Shown here: in pieces, positions 46,173 through 54,127 of the stretch
How positions within the stretch are numbered: position 1 is the stretch's first letter
Layout: every line of letters starts with the position of its first letter
Virus record (IMG/VR): IMGVR_UViG_3300031251_000001
Coordinates: 1-64,000 of that record
Direction: 5' to 3' (one strand)
Length of the DNA: 64,000 bases
Made by a program: the position numbers and the translations under genes
Notes under the pieces: model-generated
The model's input: only the letters and a program-made list of their open reading frames with translations
What the model was told of the DNA's origin: nothing
Database searches by the model: none

Positions 46173-46599
46173 CCTTTTGCTTGTTGAGGCGTTTCATCAT
46201 GGGCGTGGTGTGGAGGGTGAAGCTAGTTTCCATGTTCACGCTGATGTCGTGGAGATCACCATCGAACGTATCACCTCTGGACAAGTCGAAGAAGAGGGGC
46301 TTAACCCAGGTTCGCTTGATGGCGGCAATGGAGAGCGAGCCGATCACCACGACTTTGTGGTCAATGAGAGCGATGGCCAGCTCATCGTCATGCGTGAAGC
46401 CTTGAACGATCAGATCGATGCAGCGAAAGATCATGGGCTCGGCAACAAAGCCCAAGTGGGTGAACCATTCGTGGATACCCAGACGCCAGATGACGGCGGG
46501 TGAAATGGAACCGTCTTTGGCCATCGCTTCCTTGTGGGTCGCAATAACGAAAGACGGTGAAAGAAGCGGGAACAGCGAGGCGAGTTGTGTCTCGGTCAT
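46141..46599 (-). CDS. hypothetical protein
   Basis: 152-aa ORF overlapping the methyltransferase start. Confidence 0.6.
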   Translation of the reverse strand: MTETQLASLFPLLSPSFVIATHKEAMAKDGSISPAVIWRLGIHEWFTHLGFVAEPMIFRCIDLIVQGFTHDDELAIALIDHKVVVIGSLSIAAIKRTWVKPLFFDLSRGDTFDGDLHDISVNMETSFTLHTTPMMKRLNKQKDETLANSKTS

Positions 46600-46886
46600 G
46601 CAGCGAAGCGAACCTCCATCATGTAGCCAATGGCCACCTTGTCTTCAGTATCTTCGTCTTCGGTGTGCTCATAGGCGGCGTTTACGGGAAAGGGATGAGC
46701 GGACTTGATGATCGCGGCTCCACGGATGCCCTTGGCCTTGAGCCATTTGTCCGCGAAGCTACGAGCCTGACCCTGCAGGAGATCGCTGATGGCCAAGTTC
46801 TTTTGACCTTTGTCGAACCCCATGTCGGAGAAGACCATGACGCTGATGGGATCAATGGTCTGGCTCTTCTCGTCGATAACTTTCAT
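46596..46886 (-). CDS. hypothetical protein
   Basis: MKVIDEK... start after an AGGAG SD. Confidence 0.6.
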   Translation of the reverse strand: MKVIDEKSQTIDPISVMVFSDMGFDKGQKNLAISDLLQGQARSFADKWLKAKGIRGAAIIKSAHPFPVNAAYEHTEDEDTEDKVAIGYMMEVRFAA

Positions 46887-46918
46887 GCTGCACTCCTGCG
46901 GTTTGGTCAACGGCTAAA

Positions 46919-46956
46919 GGAAAAACCCTCGGTAAGGATAACCATTACCGAGGGTT
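46919..46956 (-). terminator. intrinsic terminator
   Basis: 12-bp stem AACCCTCGGTAA/TTACCGAGGGTT followed by TTTCCTTT on the minus strand. Confidence 0.7.
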
Positions 46957-46958
46957 AT

Positions 46959-47047
46959 GCAAGTGGACCTTGCGGTCGCACTTGCGAAGGAGCGATCACA
47001 GCACGATTTCTGCAGGTGGTCGCTGATGCTGCTGAATACAGCAGATC
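46959..47047 (-). ncRNA. candidate structured RNA / structured 3' UTR (three hairpins, one with GCAA tetraloop)
   Basis: Back-to-back stems at 46959-46985, 46991-47024 and 47026-47047, followed by the terminator. Confidence 0.3.
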
Positions 47048-47056
47048 GCGTGCCCC

Positions 47057-47290
47057 TTATAGGAAATAGGTGACGTTGAACTCACTGCGGATGGCAGTGA
47101 CGGCATTGCCGTGGATTTCGAGGTTCTCTGCACCGCTGCAGAGGAAGTCAGCGGCCAGGATTGGATTGTCGAGGTCGACCCGACGAGCAATCCGTTTCCC
47201 TTGTCCGCGCACTTCACGTAACACTGTCTCGCCTTCATGTTGAAGGAAGAGATCTCGGACTTGTTCTTTGGTGGCAGGCATGTTGGGCAC
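47057..47290 (-). CDS. small hypothetical protein
   Basis: 77 aa; GGAG SD; promoter motif upstream. Confidence 0.6.
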   Translation of the reverse strand: MPNMPATKEQVRDLFLQHEGETVLREVRGQGKRIARRVDLDNPILAADFLCSGAENLEIHGNAVTAIRSEFNVTYFL

Positions 47291-47323
47291 TCCAGAGGGT
47301 AAGAGATCAGTGCGAGCTATACA

Positions 47324-47363
47324 CCGTTCATCTCTTATGACGCAAATCCGGCTCCAATTTAGC
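47324..47363 (-). promoter_or_regulatory. putative phage promoter GCTAAA-N15-CGTCATAA (copy 2)
   Basis: 31/40 identical to 6491..6530 with identical spacing. Confidence 0.6.
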
Positions 47364-47407
47364 CAGGATCTTTGTGACCCCTCAGAGGCATCATACGTTC
47401 ACTGCGG

Positions 47408-47719
47408 TTAGCCGGCTGGCTGGCGAGCAATGATTTTGTTGATTGACCCCAGCGGGATCGTCAGCTTGTCAACACCCAGGAGACCGATGATATCTCGCTT
47501 GTCTAAGGACGACATACTGTTCACCCTGCTCCTGACGCTGGCGAAGATGTCTGCCTGTTTGACTACGTTTCGGCACGACATGCAGTCACCTGCGGTAAGC
47601 GCACTATCGGCCGTACGCAGCTGATCCCTGTAGTTATTCAGGATCGGGAAGCGGGTCAGGAACCTGACATCGGTGATGAGCAGGCGGCACATAGGGTCGT
47701 CAAGGAAGCGTTCAATCAT
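47408..47719 (-). CDS. hypothetical protein (CxxC)
   Basis: 103 aa, last gene of the structural run. Confidence 0.6.
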   Translation of the reverse strand: MIERFLDDPMCRLLITDVRFLTRFPILNNYRDQLRTADSALTAGDCMSCRNVVKQADIFASVRSRVNSMSSLDKRDIIGLLGVDKLTIPLGSINKIIARQPAG

Positions 47720-47726
47720 GCCTGCC

Positions 47727-48128
47727 TCACGAGGTTAGGTTATAGGTTTCCATGCTGGTCAGACTGCTCAGCCGGGCCGTGGCGGCTAGTAATTGCTCTA
47801 CACGTGCGCGAATTTCATCCAGACCGTACTCGTAGTCGGCTGACGAGCGGAAGTCGAGAATGACTTCGTTGGAGCGAAAGAAGGGGAACTCATTGTCGAC
47901 GTTGGGGTCGTCGACAGGGTACTCCGCCATGTCAGCGACGGAGGCAACATTAGTGAACTTATTCACCTGATCTTCACTTCCCAGGGCCAGGGGCTGGCGG
48001 ATGAAGACGAAGATGTTGGGGTCGATACCTACCGGATTGGCTGTCACCAGGCGGAGCCGGAACACATCCAGATCCGCAGAGTCAACACGTGTCAGCCCGT
48101 ACCGCTGGAGATCGATCGTGACTGACAT
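47727..48128 (-). CDS. hypothetical protein, probably structural
   Basis: 133 aa; IFVF ... F..VAS.AD..EYP ... PFFR motif. Confidence 0.6.
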   Translation of the reverse strand: MSVTIDLQRYGLTRVDSADLDVFRLRLVTANPVGIDPNIFVFIRQPLALGSEDQVNKFTNVASVADMAEYPVDDPNVDNEFPFFRSNEVILDFRSSADYEYGLDEIRARVEQLLAATARLSSLTSMETYNLTS

Positions 48129-48137
48129 AGTAATCCC

Positions 48138-48416
48138 TTACTCTGGTTCCAGGTCCGGAATATCGGCCGGCATTCCTTTGCCGGTGCCATCGCGGGAGAT
48201 GACTCCCTTAATTTGTATTCTACCTCCTGATGGATGAATCATCATAGTCTTGGGATCAAACTTGATGGCCTCCTTCGTCCTGGCGTCGACGATCTTGATC
48301 GTGCAGTTCACTGTCTGCACGTTAGGCCCGAGAGGGCTCTCGGCATTATCGAGGTTGGTTTGCGCGATCGCAGTGAACTGGCGTAGTACGGGCTTCTCAG
48401 ACGTATTCAATGACAT
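48138..48416 (-). CDS. hypothetical protein
   Basis: 92-aa ORF overlapping the glycosyltransferase stop. Confidence 0.55.
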   Translation of the reverse strand: MSLNTSEKPVLRQFTAIAQTNLDNAESPLGPNVQTVNCTIKIVDARTKEAIKFDPKTMMIHPSGGRIQIKGVISRDGTGKGMPADIPDLEPE

Positions 48417-50520
48417 CGGTCACGGTTCCCTTCTTAGCTAGAGCGACGATAGCCTTCTGGACAAAGGCATCATAGGGGTGCTTCCAGTGTGGGTTAAGGT
48501 GATAGGTTCCAGTGGGCAGCGCAGCGGTGCCGGCCTCTACGTACTTGGCGTTCAAGTCGGCTGACGAGGAGGCGTGGTAGGCGCTAACGCCCCAGCGGTA
48601 AATGTATTGCCAGGCAGACGGCTCCAGGGCGGGTCGCAACACCGGGAGACCCAGACGGGCGACCTTCTCCATGAAGATCTTATCGTAGTCCCCCGTGGTT
48701 GGCTCAATGAGCCGGTGCTCGACTGCCACACTCCGCTTGAAGACCGATGTCATCAGGCCGTATCCGAAGTTCTTGGGATCAACAATCCCCTCGTAGGTTG
48801 TCTCGCCCTTCACACCGACTGGCCAGAACCAGTAGCGCTGTGAGTTGTACATGAAGCAGGTGGGGTCTTTCTGAAGGGCACTCATGGCCTGGTCCAGTCG
48901 ACCGGGGAGGCTGATATCATCGTCGTCCCAGACAGCCACGTATTCCTCAGCCATCGACATGCCGATGGCGAACTTCTCTCCCAGGGAGAGGCAGCGTTTG
49001 GGCAGGTTAATGATCTGGACGTTATGGGCTCCGCATTTCAGCTCCGAGCCGCGAGCATCGTTGATGATGATCAGTTCCTTGTGTGGCCACGATTGCAGCA
49101 GGAACGACTGAATCGACTCTTCCAGGAGTCGCTGATACTTGGTGCCGGCCCGCCCGAAGGTCATGCAGATGGCGGTGACCTTGGGTGGGATCTGGGGAGC
49201 AGCGGAGAGGGCCACGGGGTGAGCGGAGAGCTTGGCCAAGGGTTTCTTCTCCGGAGGTTTAGGAGGAGGTGGGGGCAGAGTCTGCGTCTCGGTATAGGTG
49301 GTGGTCGAGGTTTGAGTGTCACACTCGGTGCTGGTCTCAGCAGAGGCCGTGGCTACTATGGCCGCTGGTATGTGCTGCACCATGTGATCGATTGCTTCTT
49401 TGCTGATTGATGCAAGGAACTGAGCATCATTTTCTACATCTACCGATTTCCTGAAGTTGAGATCTGCGCTCTCGCGAAGATCAGGGATTCCAAAATACGT
49501 ATTTTGCGGCGGGTGAATCACCGGCAGGATGCTGTTGTGCTGATCGTAGCCGTCGACGTTGGCGAAGTTGATGAACTTCTTGTCCTGGCGAACGATGATC
49601 TCTTTCTTCTGCACCGCCGAGTACATGACCAGATCGTTGCCTTCGTCGGGCTTGGGCAGGTCGGGGTAGACCTTGCGAGCAGCAGCAAGCGCCTCTTCAA
49701 TGTCGTCCTCGCTTTGCCCTTTATGGTCACGGAAATGGATGAGCACGTCATCCCATCGAAGGCCGAGCTCCACGCGGCCAATGATGTAGTTAGCCATCAT
49801 CCGCCAGGCCGGTGACTCAAAACCTTTACCGCGAATATGGGTGAAGCGGTGTTGCCATTTCAGACCCTTGATGCAGACACAGCGACCGCCACGCTGTCGT
49901 ACTTTGGCGTGGGTGTAGACTTCTTCACCGCCGAAGTTCCGGAAGTTGTCGTTGAAACCGACCCAGTCTTTGGTACGCATGCCGAACAGGCCCATGCCGT
50001 GGGCCGGAATCTCCAGCCACTTATCCTCCTGGAAGGTCGTGTGCCAGGTCCCCAGCATGACGTCAGTGCCCCACTGCGGCTCCATGTGGGTAGCCAGCAC
50101 CTGTTCGGTGTCGTCGTAGCAGAGCGGGCCGTGCAGCAGATCCTTGTTATCCGGGAAGGTCTCGATGTACTCGTGGATCGCCTCGCAGGCCCCAGGGTGC
50201 AGGATGACGTGGGAGTCCACGCACAGGGTGTAGTCTGAGGCTGATTCCTGAAAGACCAGGTTACGGGGCCTGGCTGTGCCATCTTGCTTGGAATGGATGT
50301 AGCGGACGTTCATGCCGGGCGTGTCCCGCATCATCTTGTTGCAGAGTTCAAAGTTGAGTTGGGCTTCGGCGGGTCGCTTGGTGTTGTCGATCACCAGGAG
50401 CTGGTCCACCCACTTCTTCTGGAATAATCGTGTCGTAGTGAGCGTAGCCCAGAGGCCGTCGTAATCTGTGTGGACAGCCATGCCCACCGTGAGCGTATTC
50501 TTCCGCATTGTCGACTCCAT
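48397..50520 (-). CDS. two-domain GT-A glycosyltransferase: polypeptide GalNAc-transferase-like domain plus GT2 domain
   Basis: Domain 1: ARPRN, CVDSHV (DxH), P.HGMGLFGM, GF...F..FGGEE.....KV...GG...C......WQH.F. Domain 2: KVTAIC.T, Q.....ELIIIND, WDDDD.S.P.RL. Thr/Pro-rich linker between them. Confidence 0.85.
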   Translation of the reverse strand: MESTMRKNTLTVGMAVHTDYDGLWATLTTTRLFQKKWVDQLLVIDNTKRPAEAQLNFELCNKMMRDTPGMNVRYIHSKQDGTARPRNLVFQESASDYTLCVDSHVILHPGACEAIHEYIETFPDNKDLLHGPLCYDDTEQVLATHMEPQWGTDVMLGTWHTTFQEDKWLEIPAHGMGLFGMRTKDWVGFNDNFRNFGGEEVYTHAKVRQRGGRCVCIKGLKWQHRFTHIRGKGFESPAWRMMANYIIGRVELGLRWDDVLIHFRDHKGQSEDDIEEALAAARKVYPDLPKPDEGNDLVMYSAVQKKEIIVRQDKKFINFANVDGYDQHNSILPVIHPPQNTYFGIPDLRESADLNFRKSVDVENDAQFLASISKEAIDHMVQHIPAAIVATASAETSTECDTQTSTTTYTETQTLPPPPPKPPEKKPLAKLSAHPVALSAAPQIPPKVTAICMTFGRAGTKYQRLLEESIQSFLLQSWPHKELIIINDARGSELKCGAHNVQIINLPKRCLSLGEKFAIGMSMAEEYVAVWDDDDISLPGRLDQAMSALQKDPTCFMYNSQRYWFWPVGVKGETTYEGIVDPKNFGYGLMTSVFKRSVAVEHRLIEPTTGDYDKIFMEKVARLGLPVLRPALEPSAWQYIYRWGVSAYHASSSADLNAKYVEAGTAALPTGTYHLNPHWKHPYDAFVQKAIVALAKKGTVTDVIEYV
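49491..49506. promoter_or_regulatory. 16-bp palindrome CAAAATACGTATTTTG, copy 8 (intragenic)
   Basis: Exact; encodes QNTYF in the glycosyltransferase interdomain linker. Confidence 0.7.
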
Positions 50521-50568
50521 CCGTGTGTCGGCTGTAGTCTACAGGAGCTGGTGGGGGTGTCAATTGAA

Positions 50569-52401
50569 CTAGGCGCCACCAGTTGACGATGCGAACGTGA
50601 ACGCCGTCGAAGAGTGGAAGGTGACGGTGGTGGTTGAGGTGGTTGTGGTGGTAGTGGTGGTCGTGGAGGTGGTGGTAGTTTCCGTGATGGTGGTGGTTGT
50701 CGTGGTGAAGGTGGCGGTAACCGTAGTGGATCCGGTGTCTGTGCTTGTCGTGGTCGTGGTGGTCGTGGTGGTCGTGACATCACCGGTGGCGGTGGTGGTC
50801 GTATCGGTGCTGGTGTCCGTGGTGGTCGTGGTAGTGGTGTCGGTCGAGGTGTCGCTAAAGGTGGTGTCGGTACCCGTATCGGTGCTGGTGTCCGAGGTGC
50901 TGCTGGTATCGGTGTAAGAGGTGGTTGTCAGGGTGGCGGTGGTGGTCGTGTCGGTGCTGGTATCTCCTGTCGTGGTCGTGGTGGTCGTGGTGGTCGTTGA
51001 GGAGGTCGAGAAGGTATCGGAGAACGTGTAAGTATGGGTCGTGGAAGTCGAGGAGGTGGTTCCCGTGCCGGTACTGGTCGTGGTGGTCGTCGTGGTGGTT
51101 GTGGTCGTGGTATCGCTGCCGACCGTCTGACCGCAAGCGGAGGAGACGCCGGCCCATTCCAGCCACATGCCCAGCCAGCCGCTCGGCGTGGAGGGAGGAA
51201 TCGGCAGGGAGAGGATGTCGAACTCAATGGTGTTGGCACCCGAGACAAACGGTCCAGTGATGTTGTAGAGCCGTGGTGGGCCGCCCAGCATGAACAGGTT
51301 AGCGTCATAAGGCCCGATGTCGGTCAGGCCGGCCACCCCCACCGAGGTGCCGTTGATGCGGACAGCGGTGCAGTAGTTGTCACAGATGAAACGGAACTCC
51401 AGGAGCAAGTCAGCAGGGCTGCTAACTGTTCCTGGGATGGTGAAGTCCAGATGGAAAGTGTAGGTCGTGGAGACGCCCGCTGACACGGTGCCGGCGCAAT
51501 CCTTGGCGATCCAGCGGGCATTGTTACCTGGTAGCATCCACGGCGGTGAGGGGTAGGCCGCCGAATCCATCGACTTAGCCGGTGAACCGGAGATAGTCCA
51601 GTTGGCGTCATTGTTACAGGGATCGCCGAGCACGACGTTGGAGGCGTCGCAGCCGGTATTGTAGAGGCCCAGGTCCACCGGCTTGAGGTAGCACTGGATC
51701 ATGTCGCACTCGACGAACGATGACCGCCACACCTCGGCCTTGACGTCGCCGCTGGGCCACTCAATGTAGGAGACCAGGGCGCTTTGAAGTGCTCCCTCGG
51801 AATTAACGCAGAAGTCAGTGACCACGGGTTGAATCTGCGGATCGACGATGAGATCAGTGAAATCGAAATCAAAGTCAAAGACAGGAGCACAAGGCGTCCC
51901 CGACTTGGTCAGGGTGACAATGTCGGGCTGCACCGAGGTGGCGTTAATCGTGATATCAGCGCAGGGTATCTGAATGGCCCCGATGATGGTGATGACGCAG
52001 TTGCCATCAGCGTCCTGGGCGGTGCCACCGGTCAGGGTGAAGGCCGGTGGGTTAGGTGGTTCGACCTGGGTGATGCTGGTATGCGTCTGGATCGTCGGAC
52101 ACAGCGCCGGCGGGAGCACCAGCTCGCCGCCGATGGTCAGAACGCAACTATTACCGGGGACACGATCAGTAGAGAGTTGCAGGCCGACAGGCTCATCACC
52201 GATGCGGTATCGGACAGGCACGATGCTGTCGATGAAGGTGGGGCAGGGAGCCTCAATGTCCATCGGCACGAGCACGTTATCGAGGCAGTCAGGGATGTCC
52301 AGCGGAGGCGTATCGACATCAGTGTCCGGCAACATGCCACCCGGTGGAATCGGGGTGACAGGCGGATAACCGCACCGGGTTGTGTCGAACACATTACTCA
52401 T
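50569..52401 (-). CDS. tail-module protein with Cys/Pro-rich N-terminus, jelly-roll/lectin-like domain and poly-Thr mucin-like C-terminus
   Basis: WI....... YTF...F.I ... F..DN....V.ING ... F..G.N.IEF galactose-binding-like pattern; last ~180 aa mostly Thr. Confidence 0.7.
   Translation of the reverse strand: MSNVFDTTRCGYPPVTPIPPGGMLPDTDVDTPPLDIPDCLDNVLVPMDIEAPCPTFIDSIVPVRYRIGDEPVGLQLSTDRVPGNSCVLTIGGELVLPPALCPTIQTHTSITQVEPPNPPAFTLTGGTAQDADGNCVITIIGAIQIPCADITINATSVQPDIVTLTKSGTPCAPVFDFDFDFTDLIVDPQIQPVVTDFCVNSEGALQSALVSYIEWPSGDVKAEVWRSSFVECDMIQCYLKPVDLGLYNTGCDASNVVLGDPCNNDANWTISGSPAKSMDSAAYPSPPWMLPGNNARWIAKDCAGTVSAGVSTTYTFHLDFTIPGTVSSPADLLLEFRFICDNYCTAVRINGTSVGVAGLTDIGPYDANLFMLGGPPRLYNITGPFVSGANTIEFDILSLPIPPSTPSGWLGMWLEWAGVSSACGQTVGSDTTTTTTTTTTTTSTGTGTTSSTSTTHTYTFSDTFSTSSTTTTTTTTTTGDTSTDTTTTATLTTTSYTDTSSTSDTSTDTGTDTTFSDTSTDTTTTTTTDTSTDTTTTATGDVTTTTTTTTTTSTDTGSTTVTATFTTTTTTITETTTTSTTTTTTTTTSTTTVTFHSSTAFTFASSTGGA
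50575..51120 (-). repeat. low-complexity ACC/ACG (poly-Thr) coding repeat
   Basis: Runs of up to 12 Thr with recurring DTSTDTTTTAT units. Confidence 0.85.
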
Positions 52402-52403
52402 AG

Positions 52404-53324
52404 CTAGACGAACTCGACCTCAGTAGGACAGACGATCAGGCCCGTGAAGTTGACGTTGATGATTACCCGATTTTCCGCTGCCACGGTAGTTATCGCAATC
52501 CCTTGGCGGCTGGAGAGGATCAGATCGGGGCCGCTGCCGCCACCGATACTGCGGATTGTCTGTTGGCAGGCAATGCTTCCGTCGAGGAAGGTCGACCAGG
52601 CAGGGGCCACCTCATCCGGAGAAAGCTGCAGCTCGCCGCACGGCACCGGATCACCGGCTCGTACGGAGATGGAAAGCTGGATGGTGTTGCTGCTGTCGCT
52701 CTGTTGAACGCGAACGCGATAACCGGGGAGGAACGTGAAGTCGCCCACCATGCAGCTTCCCAGGATCCAGTAAGAAGGCCTACCGCTCCAGTCGAAGAGC
52801 GGGCAGCCTGGTGGGGCCTGGGAGAGGGTGCGATCCTTGTTGGCGACGGTGATGGATTGAACGTAGGAATCAGCCAAAGACTGGATGGTCGCCTGTTCCA
52901 CAAAGTTGTCAGTGAGGGTCAATGTGTCGTCGGTAGCCAGGATGCCATCCAGAGCGGTCAGGTCGCCGATGGTGATAGCTCCTGTCCAGAGATCAGGCGT
53001 GCACGGGATCGCCGGATCGCTGCCGTCGGCTGCTACGACGCCGTTGAAGACGGTGTACTTCGTGGAGGTGCGATCCAGAGCGATGTCCAGGCCCAGGTCG
53101 TTGCGCACAAAAACGGGAGCATCGCACTTGAAGTGGAAGATCAAAGTGCCCGACGAGTCTTCGACACTGTCCAGCCAGATGTTGTGTTCACCAACGACGA
53201 ACTCGCTCTGCGGCAGAAGAAGGAACTCAGCATCGACCAGCACAGGCAGCGGCAGCCCCGCAGCGGACTGCAGCAGGGGATAATGCCTCTTCTCGTTCAG
53301 GTTGTTCCAGGCCGGGAAAATCAT
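52404..53324 (-). CDS. tail/baseplate-associated protein (W.N.N..R.YP paralog family)
   Basis: N-terminal WNNLNEKRHYPL; beta-rich with C-terminal Cys. Confidence 0.65.
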   Translation of the reverse strand: MIFPAWNNLNEKRHYPLLQSAAGLPLPVLVDAEFLLLPQSEFVVGEHNIWLDSVEDSSGTLIFHFKCDAPVFVRNDLGLDIALDRTSTKYTVFNGVVAADGSDPAIPCTPDLWTGAITIGDLTALDGILATDDTLTLTDNFVEQATIQSLADSYVQSITVANKDRTLSQAPPGCPLFDWSGRPSYWILGSCMVGDFTFLPGYRVRVQQSDSSNTIQLSISVRAGDPVPCGELQLSPDEVAPAWSTFLDGSIACQQTIRSIGGGSGPDLILSSRQGIAITTVAAENRVIINVNFTGLIVCPTEVEFV

Positions 53325-54127
53325 GGTGTGAACCTCTGGCGACCGCCAACAATGGACAAGTCGAGTGACTCGGTGCTGGCGAGGAGGGCCAGCGGCGTGT
53401 CAGAAGCCAGGCTGTTATCGATCGACATGCCAACCATGCCGTATTGATTTGGTGTCACGGTGAAGGAACCGCCGGGGTACTTCACCAGCAGAGATTGCAG
53501 GTACTTAACACCATTGAACTGGCTCTCCGGAGCACACAGGTTTCTCTTAAAGAGCGGATCGCCCGTGACGTTAACCGTGATCGAATAGCTCGACTCGCTG
53601 GTCTGATCTAGCTCTAAGATGACACCGTTCTCTCCGATCAGCCACACTTCGCCGGCTGCCGTATTACCGGCGGTATCGGCAATGGCCCGTACGCCTACCT
53701 GGGGCTGTGGGATAACCGCTGAGGCCACCAGCTCGGTGCCGGCGGGATCAAACTTATGCAGCCCTACCGACCAGGAGCGGAAGGCGTTCAGGCGGATCGG
53801 GTCGCTCAGGATCATTCCTGCCGGCATCCCGAAGAGGTCGACGATAGGAACGACACTCGGAGGCGAGATGACGTCAAAGGTGGCTAGTGCCCTGATTTCC
53901 TCGGAGTCGTCTCCGAAGCGAAGGATCACGGTGTCGGCTGAGATCTCCACCTGAGACAGGTAGGCACCATTGTCGATGCCGATCGGGTAGAGCACCAAGT
54001 CGATGAAGGTGTTGTCGATGAGGACATCGCCTGCAGCGTTCCGCAGTGTGGCCCGTGACGAGAACGGATAGGCGGAGAGGTCTTTTTCTTTCTGGTATTC
54101 CAGATAGCCGGTACGGGTGCTTTGCAT
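53321..54127 (-). CDS. tail/baseplate-associated protein (paralog family)
   Basis: N-terminal EYQKEKDLSAYPF; GEVWLIGENGV, GDPLF...C. Confidence 0.65.
   Translation of the reverse strand: MQSTRTGYLEYQKEKDLSAYPFSSRATLRNAAGDVLIDNTFIDLVLYPIGIDNGAYLSQVEISADTVILRFGDDSEEIRALATFDVISPPSVVPIVDLFGMPAGMILSDPIRLNAFRSWSVGLHKFDPAGTELVASAVIPQPQVGVRAIADTAGNTAAGEVWLIGENGVILELDQTSESSYSITVNVTGDPLFKRNLCAPESQFNGVKYLQSLLVKYPGGSFTVTPNQYGMVGMSIDNSLASDTPLALLASTESLDLSIVGGRQRFTP

Noticed and set aside
485-49506. CAAAATACGTATTTTG copies as a CRISPR array or IS/MITE ends
   Set aside because: The copies are single, 0.7-15 kb apart and some are inside genes. There is no spacer periodicity, cas gene, shared flanking sequence or target-site duplication.
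50597-51483. Poly-Val, Trp-rich and His-rich ORFs
   Set aside because: Alternative-frame readings of the poly-Thr repeat in 50569..52401.
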